64,000 nucleotides of DNA, taken from positions 32,001 through 96,000 of the forward strand of contig JANNBC010000010.1 in assembly GCA_031385045.1 (NCBI GenBank), read 5' to 3'. This DNA is from a bacterium (GTDB lineage Bacteria; Bdellovibrionota_C; UBA2361; CALJRW01). Position numbers and translations under genes: made by a program. Of the stretch, positions 1-9,545 are shown in pieces (position 1 is the first letter of the stretch; every line of letters begins with the position of its first letter). The notes under the pieces were generated by a model. The model did no database searches, had not been told where the DNA came from, and saw nothing but the letters and a program-made list of their open reading frames with translations.

Positions 1-1
1 A

Positions 2-1231
2 GTATCAGAATCAAATAGTCGATACTTATTCGCCTCGCTTCTTGTTTTGTTCTCTTTTTATTTATCCCAGATTCATTTTTTAATTCGTCCCGTCGTTTTT
101 AGTTTCTTATCTTTTCAGATTATTCTGGGAGTGTTCGAAGTAATTGCCAAAAAACAATTTGCCAGCAAATTTGATTTTCTAAAGGTTGCCCTGATTGTTA
201 TCTTTTGGGTTAATACACATCCAAGTTTTTTATTAGTCTGGATTCTCTTTCTTTGTTTATTGATCGATCGATGTTGGGGAGAAAAGAATGGTCTTAGGTT
301 ATCTTTTAGTTTTTATCTTAAACTTTTCTGTTTGATCTTAGTCTCAACACTCCTTAATCCGAAACCTTTGGAGCTTTATTCTTCAATGTTAAGTCTAAGT
401 GTTGGGCAGGCTGGAAATCCGATTTTTGAAGAGTGGCAGGCTCCCAAATGGCCGATGGTGGTAGTCATACTACTACCAATCCTGTTAATTGTTAGTACGT
501 TTTTCTGGGGACAGAGGCGTTTAATAGCGAAGAATTTATGGTTAGTTTTGTTCACAATTATTCTCGGCTTGATGGCAATTAAAGCAGTGCGCTTTGTACC
601 TTATTATGCGATGGCGATAGTGCCAGTTATTTATTTACTGTTGCCTAGTGTATTTTTACCTAAAGACAATCAACGCAGGCCGTATTCCATAACCTGGGAG
701 ATTATTGTCACAGCTTGGACTAGGCTTAATCAGCGAGAACAAGGAAGAAGTGCCGGGAGCATTGGTCTGCTAATTGCTTTTAGTCTGCTACTGGCTTCCT
801 TTTTCTTTCAGAGGATTCCTGGATATCAAGGAGATTTAGGCCCTAGTAAAGAAGTGTTTCCCTATGCCGCAGTTAGCAGTATTTTGCAGAAGAGTGCTAG
901 TCAGTCCGAGGTTCGTGTTCTAAATGACATAAACTTTGGAGGTTTTTTAATTGGTTGGGGTGGGAATAAAATTAGAGCTTTTGTTGATGATCGAGCTTCG
1001 CTACATGGGATTGAGCGATATCAGGAAATGTCAGCTTATCTGACCCCTCAAAAAATTAAAAAATATGCACTTCAGTATGGTGCTGATTATCTTTTATTAG
1101 AATATAATCAGCGCAATCAAACGCTGATCGACTATTTTAAATTATATCAAAAAGACAGTATAGTCTTGTTAACGCAGCAAGCAATTTTAATTGAGACAAA
1201 ACTACTAGGGGATTTTTCGAAAGATGTCTAA
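2..1231 (+). CDS. Polytopic membrane protein, possibly GT-C-like; 5'-truncated by the window edge
   Basis: Frame is open from nt 2; many hydrophobic segments, then a soluble tail (LLNP...EEW, NDINFGGFL, FVDDR); stop overlaps the next start. Confidence 0.55.
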   Translation, partial: VSESNSRYLFASLLVLFSFYLSQIHFLIRPVVFSFLSFQIILGVFEVIAKKQFASKFDFLKVALIVIFWVNTHPSFLLVWILFLCLLIDRCWGEKNGLRLSFSFYLKLFCLILVSTLLNPKPLELYSSMLSLSVGQAGNPIFEEWQAPKWPMVVVILLPILLIVSTFFWGQRRLIAKNLWLVLFTIILGLMAIKAVRFVPYYAMAIVPVIYLLLPSVFLPKDNQRRPYSITWEIIVTAWTRLNQREQGRSAGSIGLLIAFSLLLASFFFQRIPGYQGDLGPSKEVFPYAAVSSILQKSASQSEVRVLNDINFGGFLIGWGGNKIRAFVDDRASLHGIERYQEMSAYLTPQKIKKYALQYGADYLLLEYNQRNQTLIDYFKLYQKDSIVLLTQQAILIETKLLGDFSKDV

Positions 1232-2480
1232 GGATCATAAACTTTCTACTAAATATTCTGTTTTCTTTATTTTACTTTGTCTTTTGGGATCTTGGATTTC
1301 CTGGCAGACTGTAATTGTTCACTTTCAGACTAAAAATGGCTTAGCTGGCGCCGGCGGAGTTTGTAATATTAGCCAAGAGTTTAATTGTCAGGCAGTTGTT
1401 AATAGTAATTGGTCGACAATTGCAGGTTTGCCACTAGGAGCTTTTGGAATTGTATTTTACTTAAGTTTGATTTGCTTGCTTTTGCAATCCTACTACTCCA
1501 AATTTTGGTCGCAGCGTCAATTATTTATTCTTTATACTCCGGCTCTAATCCTTTCCGCGCTAGCTTCGATCTTCTTGTTTTGTATTTCTAAGTTTGTTGT
1601 TCAAGTTATTTGTCCTTTGTGCTTGATGTTGTATTTGGTTAGTTTCTTGCTGTTAATTTTAGTCATTGTTGTGATTAGGCAGAGTGAAGGTACAGTTCTC
1701 GCTGTTGTCTTTCGGGAATATCGTCAGCTGATTATTGATTTTAAGAATGCTTTAGTTCAAATCAAAATAGCAGCTCTGGGAGAATATTTACTTAGTCTGG
1801 GATTAATTGCTGTGACAATTCTGGGTATTATGGTTGCACTACGATTTTCAGAGTATAATTATAAGACTCAAGTAGTTTCTTGGCCGGTAAAAGAAAAATT
1901 GGCAATTGATCTGAAATTGGAGCCAGGGATAAATTCTGATTATTATTTTGGAGATCTTACAGCTCCAATTCAGATTGTGGAGTTCGCTGATTTTCAATGT
2001 CCCTTTTGTAGAATGCTTGGCAGTCAAGTTAAAGATTGGCTAAGTGGCTATCAAGGCAAATATTATTTTGTCTATCTAAACTATCCACTCGATCAATCTT
2101 GTAATCCCGATATGAAACGTCCTCTCCATCAGGTAGCTTGCTACCTAGCTGAACTTAGTCGTTGCGCTGGTGAGCAAGGGAAATTTTGGGAGGCCTACTA
2201 TTATTTGGTCCGACTAGATGAGGAGTCTTTTCAGGGTGGGGTGCGCGAAGGGGAAGAGCAAATCTTACAGAAACTTCTGCCGTTTGCTGGATTAGAAGAG
2301 TCCGCCGTTAGATCTTGTTTGGATTCAGGGCGCCAAATAGTTAATATTCAAGAGGACATTCAGCGCGCTCGAATGCACCAAGTAACGGGAACACCAGCAC
2401 TTTTTATTAATGGTCAAAAAGTTAGTAATATCTCGGAAAGAACCATTCATAATATTATGGATAAAATTTTAGAAAAATGA
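1224..2480 (+). CDS. VKOR domain fused to a DsbA/thioredoxin-like domain
   Basis: VKOR pattern C-x7-C..V..S.WS..AGLPLG and CPLC in TM helices; C-terminal EFADFQCPFC and GTPALFING. Confidence 0.85.
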   Translation: MSKDHKLSTKYSVFFILLCLLGSWISWQTVIVHFQTKNGLAGAGGVCNISQEFNCQAVVNSNWSTIAGLPLGAFGIVFYLSLICLLLQSYYSKFWSQRQLFILYTPALILSALASIFLFCISKFVVQVICPLCLMLYLVSFLLLILVIVVIRQSEGTVLAVVFREYRQLIIDFKNALVQIKIAALGEYLLSLGLIAVTILGIMVALRFSEYNYKTQVVSWPVKEKLAIDLKLEPGINSDYYFGDLTAPIQIVEFADFQCPFCRMLGSQVKDWLSGYQGKYYFVYLNYPLDQSCNPDMKRPLHQVACYLAELSRCAGEQGKFWEAYYYLVRLDEESFQGGVREGEEQILQKLLPFAGLEESAVRSCLDSGRQIVNIQEDIQRARMHQVTGTPALFINGQKVSNISERTIHNIMDKILEK

Positions 2481-2483
2481 TTA

Positions 2484-3563
2484 ATGCGTGAAATTTTTCT
2501 AAATTCCGAAGTTGATCGCATTTACGTTTCTATTGTTCATTATAATTCCTTAACGGCGCATAATCCAACTATCATTCGTAAGTCACTAGAGGCTCTGCTC
2601 TTACAAAGTGAATTCACTCTTGGTAAAAATTTGTTTATTCGAATTTGTGATAATGGATCAACAGATCAAACTGCTAATTTTTTACAAGATTTGGTTGCCG
2701 GACGAGATATTTACTTTCAAAACAATCCCGAAAATTTAGGATTCTCAGGGGCTCACAATCAAAGTGTTTATAAGTTCTTAAACTCTAATTGTAATTATTT
2801 ATTAATTCTTAATCCTGATTTAGTTTTGGACCCTAAGGCTATTTCTGAATTACTTGCTGGATTAAAAGCAAATCCACAAGCAGGGATTGCTGGCGCCAAG
2901 CTTTATCGCGGGGATGATAATTTAAATTTAGTTTCACCTCTGACTTTAGATTCTGCGGGAATGATCCTAACTAATAATTTACGACATCTAGATCGTGGCT
3001 CTGATCAGCCAGATCTGGGACAGTTTGATTTGCCAGAATTTGTTTTTGGGATCACTGGTGCCTGTCAGTTAATTAAGAAGGCTGCTGTTCAGAAATTATT
3101 ATTACCAGTTAATCCCTATCAAAACTGCCTCTATCAGATTTATCCGCAACTTCAAGCTGGCCTGGCTGAGCGCTATGAGTTATTTGATGAATCTTTTTTT
3201 GCCTATCGTGAAGATGCTGATTTATGCTGGCGAGCTAATAACCAAGGCATAAAATCATTCTATCAACCAAGGGCTACCGGCATTCATCGTCGGGTAGTCT
3301 TACCAACTAATCGTAAAAAGTTATCCTCTGATTTAAATTATCTCGGTGTGCGTAATCGATTTCTTTTACAGATTAATAATTATTCCTTTGGCAAGAAACC
3401 TCAAGCGCTACTTCCCGGTATTGTTTTTCGAAATTTGCTAGTGATTGTTGCCAGTCTTACAGTGGAAAGAACATCTTGGCGAGCATTCTTAGATCTTCGC
3501 AAGCTATTTTTGCGCGCCTATAAAAATAGAAAAGTTCTTTTGGGGAGGTTAGTAAATGAATAA
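2484..3563 (+). CDS. Family 2 glycosyltransferase
   Basis: IVHYNS, DNGSTD, NLGFSGAHN, LILNPD, FFAYREDADLCWR motifs. Confidence 0.9.
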   Translation: MREIFLNSEVDRIYVSIVHYNSLTAHNPTIIRKSLEALLLQSEFTLGKNLFIRICDNGSTDQTANFLQDLVAGRDIYFQNNPENLGFSGAHNQSVYKFLNSNCNYLLILNPDLVLDPKAISELLAGLKANPQAGIAGAKLYRGDDNLNLVSPLTLDSAGMILTNNLRHLDRGSDQPDLGQFDLPEFVFGITGACQLIKKAAVQKLLLPVNPYQNCLYQIYPQLQAGLAERYELFDESFFAYREDADLCWRANNQGIKSFYQPRATGIHRRVVLPTNRKKLSSDLNYLGVRNRFLLQINNYSFGKKPQALLPGIVFRNLLVIVASLTVERTSWRAFLDLRKLFLRAYKNRKVLLGRLVNE

Positions 3564-4356
3564 ATTTGAAAATATTAGAGTGTTGATTACAGGAGCTTCT
3601 TCTGGAATTGGAGCAGAGTTTGCTAAGCAATTGGCAAAACTTGGGGCTAGCTTATTGTTAGTAGCACGGCGCGAGGACTTATTGCTTAAACTACAAGCTG
3701 AATTAATAGCAGCTGGAGCAAAAAAGGTAGAATATCTAGTTGCCGATTTAACTAATCCTACAGATTTAGCAAATCTGGTTACAAGAATTAATATAGAGCA
3801 GATTGACTTACTAATTAATAATGCCGGTAAGGGATCTTTTGGTTATTTTGAAACTCTAGCACTAGGTGATGAGTTAAATCAGATTAATCTTAATATTGTT
3901 GCGCCAGTTACTTTAGCGCATGCAGTTATTCCTCAAATGAAAGCTCGTAAATTTGGTGCAATTATTTCGGTATCTTCGATTGCTGCTTTTCAACCACTAC
4001 CATTAATGGCTACCTATGCTGCAACTAAATCATTTAATTTTATGCATGCTATTGCTCTTAGGGAAGAGCTGCGGCCTTTTGGAGTTAAAGTTTTAACTTT
4101 ATGTCCTGGACCAACAGCTACAGAATTTGGGGGAGTTGCTCGAGTACCTGGTACAATTAGTGGTATTGCCCGGGATGATGTGCAGATGGTTGTCAGTAAA
4201 ACTCTACGAGCGCTTGCTGGCAACTCCGCTTTTGTAGTTACTGGCACAAGATCTTTTTGGATGTCTTTGATGTCTAGGTTACTTCCAAAGTCTCTTACAA
4301 GTAGGCTTGTAGCAAATGGGCTTAGAAAGACTTTAGCTCAAGCTAATTTGCCATAG
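3556..4356 (+). CDS. Short-chain dehydrogenase/reductase
   Basis: TGASSGIG, NNAG, catalytic YAATK, LCPGPTATEF. Confidence 0.92.
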   Translation: MNKFENIRVLITGASSGIGAEFAKQLAKLGASLLLVARREDLLLKLQAELIAAGAKKVEYLVADLTNPTDLANLVTRINIEQIDLLINNAGKGSFGYFETLALGDELNQINLNIVAPVTLAHAVIPQMKARKFGAIISVSSIAAFQPLPLMATYAATKSFNFMHAIALREELRPFGVKVLTLCPGPTATEFGGVARVPGTISGIARDDVQMVVSKTLRALAGNSAFVVTGTRSFWMSLMSRLLPKSLTSRLVANGLRKTLAQANLP

Positions 4357-4452
4357 AAAGATAGAATTTTTTAATGTAAACCAACGTTCTATTTTAGCTT
4401 CTTGCTAAAAAGAACTAAAAATTAAGTGTTAAGTATCCGAAGATCTAGCTGA

Positions 4453-5898
4453 ATGACTAAAGAATTTTCAGCCCTACAAAGTTATGAATTTCAGCCAGAT
4501 ACTGTTCTGAAGGGCCGATTCTTGGTGAAGCAAAAAATTGCCACAGGTGGAATGGGAAATGTTTTTCTTTGCCAAGACTTAGCCGTAGGAATTCCTGTCG
4601 CGATTAAAATTTTACATCGTGTATTTCAAAACGATCTTGAGTACCTAAAAAGATTTAGCCAGGAAGTCGCCATCGCTTCACAGATTGAACATCCTAATGT
4701 TGTTAAGATTTTTGAACTCTTTCAGTCTACCGATCTAGTCTTTTTCTCCATGGAATATGTTTATGGTGAGTCATTAGATTTGCGCCTTAGAAGGAGTGAT
4801 TACTCCACGCAAGAGATTTCACGATTGATTATAGAAATAGCAGATGGCTTAAATGCGATCCATAAGCATAGTTTAATTCATCGGGATTTAAAGCCTGGAA
4901 ATATTATGTGTCAACCAGATCGTTCACATAAGATTATTGATTTTGGTGTTAGCAAATCTCCGACTTCTAAGTTGACGAAAAAAAATGTGCGCGTTGGTTC
5001 GATCTCGTATATTGCTCCAGAAATTTGGTTAGGTAAAAAAGCTGGACCATATTCTGATTTATATAGCTTGGGATGTCTGTTGTATGAAGTAGTAAATGGG
5101 CACGTACCTTTTCTTTCTGAGAATCCTTTAGAATTAATGAAGCAGCATTGCTCATTGCCCGTACCAGAATTTAAAAACGAAGTATCTCCCTGGATCCATG
5201 AGATCATCTTAAAATTATTAGCTAAAAATCCCATTGAAAGGCCAACTACAGAGGAGTTAATTGGACTTGTGCGAGCTAATAATCTGGAAAGCCAAAGTAT
5301 TCAGATTTTTGATTCTAATCATGATGCGCGCACAGTGCGGAGCGGTCAGTCAATGATTACAGTTGTGGATGGTTGGCAGGCGAATAAAGGGACTTTTGGC
5401 GCAGGTAGTTCTAAGCCGAAGGATCAAGATCCTTTAAGAACTCAGCGGCAACTAGTCCTTTCGTTAAAGGCAACTAGGCCTGCTCATTTAGAAAAAACAT
5501 TTAATAAGCTCGAACAAAATCGTCGCGGGAAAACCTTAGTCTTAAAACTTCCGATGAATTCTGCCTTGATTTTTAATTTTGAATTACCATCTAAAGATTT
5601 TTTATTCCTTGGTATCTTTTTAGGTTCGCTCAACTTATTTGATTGGTATTTAACTCATCAGGGAGTTAGTACTTTTGGCTTAATGGCGGAGGGAAACGAT
5701 TTCTTAAAGAGTATGATGATTAAGTTTGGCCCCAAAGAAGCATTACTATATGCCAAAGGAACAACAATTTTCATCGTCTTTTTATTAACGATTATGGCTC
5801 GTAAATCCAAGATGGTTAAAGATCTTGTTGGTTTCTTATCCTTAGTCTATTTAACTGCCGCTATTATTCCGTGGATTTATATACTTTATTATAAGTAG
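4453..5898 (+). CDS. Hanks-type Ser/Thr protein kinase with a C-terminal multi-TM (DUF5658-like) domain
   Basis: GGMGNVF, VAIK, HRDLKPGN, DFG, YIAPE, SDLYSLG; C-terminal TM helices with FDWYLT..G....AEGN. Confidence 0.88.
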   Translation: MTKEFSALQSYEFQPDTVLKGRFLVKQKIATGGMGNVFLCQDLAVGIPVAIKILHRVFQNDLEYLKRFSQEVAIASQIEHPNVVKIFELFQSTDLVFFSMEYVYGESLDLRLRRSDYSTQEISRLIIEIADGLNAIHKHSLIHRDLKPGNIMCQPDRSHKIIDFGVSKSPTSKLTKKNVRVGSISYIAPEIWLGKKAGPYSDLYSLGCLLYEVVNGHVPFLSENPLELMKQHCSLPVPEFKNEVSPWIHEIILKLLAKNPIERPTTEELIGLVRANNLESQSIQIFDSNHDARTVRSGQSMITVVDGWQANKGTFGAGSSKPKDQDPLRTQRQLVLSLKATRPAHLEKTFNKLEQNRRGKTLVLKLPMNSALIFNFELPSKDFLFLGIFLGSLNLFDWYLTHQGVSTFGLMAEGNDFLKSMMIKFGPKEALLYAKGTTIFIVFLLTIMARKSKMVKDLVGFLSLVYLTAAIIPWIYILYYK

Positions 5899-5945
5899 CA
5901 CGATAAATTTTAAATAATCTTGTTGTGGTAAGGTGTGAGTTCTAA

Positions 5946-7403
5946 TTAGAGCTTGGGGCCGAGTAGTGTAGAGTATTTTTCAAGTTGCTTTCTTTGGTTC
6001 TTAATTAGCGTACTTAACTGTCGTTGTTGCTCTTTTACTGCCAGTGGTCCTGTGCTTCCCATAACTTTTCGCCTTTTGATAATATTTTTAGGATCAATAT
6101 AGGCATATAAATCGGCAGTAAATTTTTGTGAAAACTTTCGATACTCAGCAAGTGGTAGATCTAAAAGATATTTTTTTTGTTTAATTGCCAAAGGCACTAA
6201 TTGCCCAACAATCTGATGAGCATCTCGAAAGCTTAGGCCCTTAGTCGTTAGGTAGTCAGCTAGGTCCGTGGCGTTGGAGTAATCTGCATAGACTTCCTTG
6301 GAAATTTTTGTAGAGTTAAATTTTGTTTTTCGGAGTAATTGATTGATTAAAACTAATGATTGATTCCAGGTTTTTACTGAGTCGAAAAGCGGTTCTTTGT
6401 CTTCTTGTAGATCTTTGAAATATGTCTGTGAAAGTCCTTTTAGGATGGTTAACAATCTAATCAGGTTACCATTAATTCGCCCAGACTTGCCTCGCACCAG
6501 TTCCAGTAAATCAGGATTTTTCTTTTGAGGCATCATGGAGCTTGTTTGGCAAAACTCATCGGGTAATTCTACAAAGGAAAACTCTTGAGAGGCCCAAAGA
6601 ATTAATTCTTCGCTTAGTCCTGAGAGATGCGTGAAACTAATAGCTGCTGCTGATAAGTATTCCAGTAAATGATCCCGGTCACTAACGCTATCCATGCTGT
6701 TAGCTGTTGGGCTACTAAAATTTAAAAGTCTTGCAGTGTATTCTCGATCGATTGCTAGCCCACTGCCAGCAAGCGCTCCGGCACCTAATGGACAACGGTT
6801 GAGTCTCTCCCAGCTGGATAATAATCGCTCCAGGTCGCGATTGAATTTCCAAGCATAGGCTAGAAGATAATGGCTAAGTAGTACTGGTTGAGCGCGTTGT
6901 AAGTGAGTGTAGCCAGGAATCATTTGATCGGCAGCCTGCGTAGCTATTGTAGCCAGAGTTTCGATTAGTTGAAGCAAGTTGTTGGCAGTTGTAACTAATT
7001 GGCGCCGTAAGTAGAGTCGAATATCAAGGGCTACTTGGTCATTTCGACTACGACCTGTATGAAGCTTGCCAGCTACTGCTCCAATTTTTTTATGGAGCAA
7101 GTCTTCGATGTTCATGTGCACATCTTCTAGTGACTCAGAGAATTTTAGTTTGCCTTGTTGAAATTCTTTTTGTAGATGCTTTAAACCTTTAATTATTTTT
7201 TGACCTTCACTTGGACTAACTAGTTTACTTTTAATTAACATTTGGCAGTGGGCAATAGACCCGAGGAGATCATCCTCCGCTAATTCTTGATCAAAACTAA
7301 TTGAAGCATTGAAGGAATCAAAAAGTTGAGATGTTTTTTCTCTTAGCCGACTGTTTCTTAAAACCATATCTGATCTTATTTCAAAGTTTCTTTTTGATTC
7401 CAA
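5946..7403 (-). CDS. argH: Argininosuccinate lyase (true start may be a little downstream)
   Basis: EDVHMNIE, LHTGRSRNDQ, PGYTHLQRAQP, SSMMPQKKNPD; follows argG. Confidence 0.97.
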   Translation of the reverse strand: MESKRNFEIRSDMVLRNSRLREKTSQLFDSFNASISFDQELAEDDLLGSIAHCQMLIKSKLVSPSEGQKIIKGLKHLQKEFQQGKLKFSESLEDVHMNIEDLLHKKIGAVAGKLHTGRSRNDQVALDIRLYLRRQLVTTANNLLQLIETLATIATQAADQMIPGYTHLQRAQPVLLSHYLLAYAWKFNRDLERLLSSWERLNRCPLGAGALAGSGLAIDREYTARLLNFSSPTANSMDSVSDRDHLLEYLSAAAISFTHLSGLSEELILWASQEFSFVELPDEFCQTSSMMPQKKNPDLLELVRGKSGRINGNLIRLLTILKGLSQTYFKDLQEDKEPLFDSVKTWNQSLVLINQLLRKTKFNSTKISKEVYADYSNATDLADYLTTKGLSFRDAHQIVGQLVPLAIKQKKYLLDLPLAEYRKFSQKFTADLYAYIDPKNIIKRRKVMGSTGPLAVKEQQRQLSTLIKNQRKQLEKYSTLLGPKL

Positions 7404-8647
7404 TAATTCTGAAGTCGTAAAACATTGATGTCAATAAAACCTCGAGCAAGAGTTTGATCGTATCCCCCTGCTTCATGCATGCTAGCAATTTTTTCAGAAT
7501 ATAAGCTATTTGGAGAATAACGACCAATCACGGTGATATTTCCTTTGTAGAGACTTAAGCGGACAAAGCCATTAACCGCCCCTTGTGAATTATCAATGTC
7601 TTTCTGCATCAACTCACGTTCTGGGGAGACCCAATATCCAGAGTAAACACGTTCTGCTAAGTCGATTGAGGTATGTAAATTGCGACGAATAACCTCACGA
7701 TCAAGGCACAGCGCCTCTAAATCCTGATGAGCAGTAAATAAGATTGTTCCAGCAGGAGTTTCGTACACTCCCCGTGACTTCATCCCGACATAGCGGCTTT
7801 CCACTAAGTCAATTCGACCAATTCCATTGTTTGCGCCAATTTCATTTAGTTTTTGAAAGATTGCTAGCGGTTCATTAATTGATTCACCGTATTCAATTTT
7901 TTCAGCAATGCCCATCTCGGTTGTAGCAAAGCTTTTAATTAATTTTAACTTAATGGGATTACCTGCTTTAAACTCCAACTCTAAATATGAGTCTTGATCT
8001 GGAGATTCCTGAGGAGATTTGGTCATCTCAAACATTGAAGGGCGTGGAATGGCCATTGGATCTTCTAACATCCCCGCTTCGTAGCTGATGTGTAACATAT
8101 TATCATCAGTACTCCATGGTTCTTTTTTAGTTTGCTTAACAGGGATATTGTGATCTTCCGCATATTTTAAAAGATCATCACGACCTTTAAATTTCTCTAA
8201 GAATTCCGAATCCTTCCAAGGAGCAAAGATTTGAGCTTTGGGCATCATCGTTCGGTAAATAAATTCAAAACGAATTTGATCATTACCTTTGCCAGTAGCG
8301 CCATGTGCTAAGATGTTGGCGTTATATTTCTTAGCAATGGCAACTTGACCAAGAGCAGTTACTGGCCTGGCTAGCGCTGTCCCCAAAAGATATCGTCCCT
8401 CATATTTAAGGTTGGCTCGAATAGCAGGTTGAATATAATTAAGTAGAAAGTCTTCCCGTAAATCGACAATTTCTACCGCTTCGGCACCTAGTAAAAGTGC
8501 TTTTTCACGAGCAGCCTCGAAATCACATTTCTGACCTAGATCGGCCATATAGGCGATTACCTGACAGTTTTTTTCGTGGATCAGATATTTTAAGATAATT
8601 GAGGTATCTAGACCACCAGAATAGGCTAGGACTACTTTTTGAGACAT
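7376..8647 (-). CDS. argG: Argininosuccinate synthase
   Basis: MSQKVVLAYSGGLDTS start at 8647, HGATGKGNDQIRFE, GMKSRGVYETP. Confidence 0.97.
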   Translation of the reverse strand: MSQKVVLAYSGGLDTSIILKYLIHEKNCQVIAYMADLGQKCDFEAAREKALLLGAEAVEIVDLREDFLLNYIQPAIRANLKYEGRYLLGTALARPVTALGQVAIAKKYNANILAHGATGKGNDQIRFEFIYRTMMPKAQIFAPWKDSEFLEKFKGRDDLLKYAEDHNIPVKQTKKEPWSTDDNMLHISYEAGMLEDPMAIPRPSMFEMTKSPQESPDQDSYLELEFKAGNPIKLKLIKSFATTEMGIAEKIEYGESINEPLAIFQKLNEIGANNGIGRIDLVESRYVGMKSRGVYETPAGTILFTAHQDLEALCLDREVIRRNLHTSIDLAERVYSGYWVSPERELMQKDIDNSQGAVNGFVRLSLYKGNITVIGRYSPNSLYSEKIASMHEAGGYDQTLARGFIDINVLRLQNYWNQKETLK

Positions 8648-8812
8648 GTTTAAATTGTAATTAAAAATTGGAATCAGCATACTTGATTTTTAGTTTTTTA
8701 AAAACTAAAAAATGTTTCTTTAATAAACGGGATGCTGACTTTCTTGCTGATAGTTGCTAATCTGGCTCAGCTAGTTTGCTACTAGATGTCTAATTTTGAA
8801 ATTTACTAGAAG

Positions 8813-9481
8813 ATGGATCATAAACAATTAGTTGGGCAACATGTCGCAAGATTTCTTATGAACGATCAATTAGTAGGCGTTGGTACTGGTTCAACTGTGA
8901 GTTATGCAATTGAAGCCATGGCCAAACGCATTGCAACAGAGAAATTGCAGGTATCCTTTGTTTCTACTTCTTTTCAGACCTCCCTGCACTTATCGAGTCT
9001 AGGGCTGACTGTTTTAGATATCAGCAATGTGAATCATTTAGATTGGGGCTTTGATGGTGCAGATGCTGTTGACTCTGAGCGGAATGCAATTAAAGGTAAG
9101 GGTGGAGCAATGCTTCGTGAGAAAATTATGGCAGTAAGATGCCAAGAATATTATCTAATCATCGATCAGTCTAAGCTGTGTCCCAATATTGTGAAACACT
9201 GCCCTGTACCTGTAGAGATTCTCCCCGATGCCTTGGTGACAGTTGAAGCTAAGTTAAAGTCAATGCCAATTGCCAACCTTGATTTAAGAATGTCGGCGAA
9301 TATTCATGGCCCCGTAGTTACTGAAAAGGGAAATTTTATTATTGATGTTGATTTCCTGGAGTTTAGTCCTAGTCTTGAAGGTGATCTAAAGAAGATAGTT
9401 GGCGTAGTTGAAACTGGTTTGTTCTTGAATTATGCTACCAAAGTATTTGTGGCCGAAGGACTGACAGTTCGTGAATTTTAG
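8813..9481 (+). CDS. rpiA: Ribose-5-phosphate isomerase A
   Basis: GVGTGSTV, DGADAVD, IKGKGGAMLREK, GVVETGLF. Confidence 0.95.
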   Translation: MDHKQLVGQHVARFLMNDQLVGVGTGSTVSYAIEAMAKRIATEKLQVSFVSTSFQTSLHLSSLGLTVLDISNVNHLDWGFDGADAVDSERNAIKGKGGAMLREKIMAVRCQEYYLIIDQSKLCPNIVKHCPVPVEILPDALVTVEAKLKSMPIANLDLRMSANIHGPVVTEKGNFIIDVDFLEFSPSLEGDLKKIVGVVETGLFLNYATKVFVAEGLTVREF

Positions 9482-9545
9482 AGTGCTATTTATTAATTTG
9501 TAGGCACTTACAAGCCATATAAAAATTTTATATTCAACATTAAAC

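Noticed and set aside
8687..8711. ARG box upstream of argG
   Set aside because: The palindrome is a poly-T/poly-A IR that does not match the ArgR consensus.
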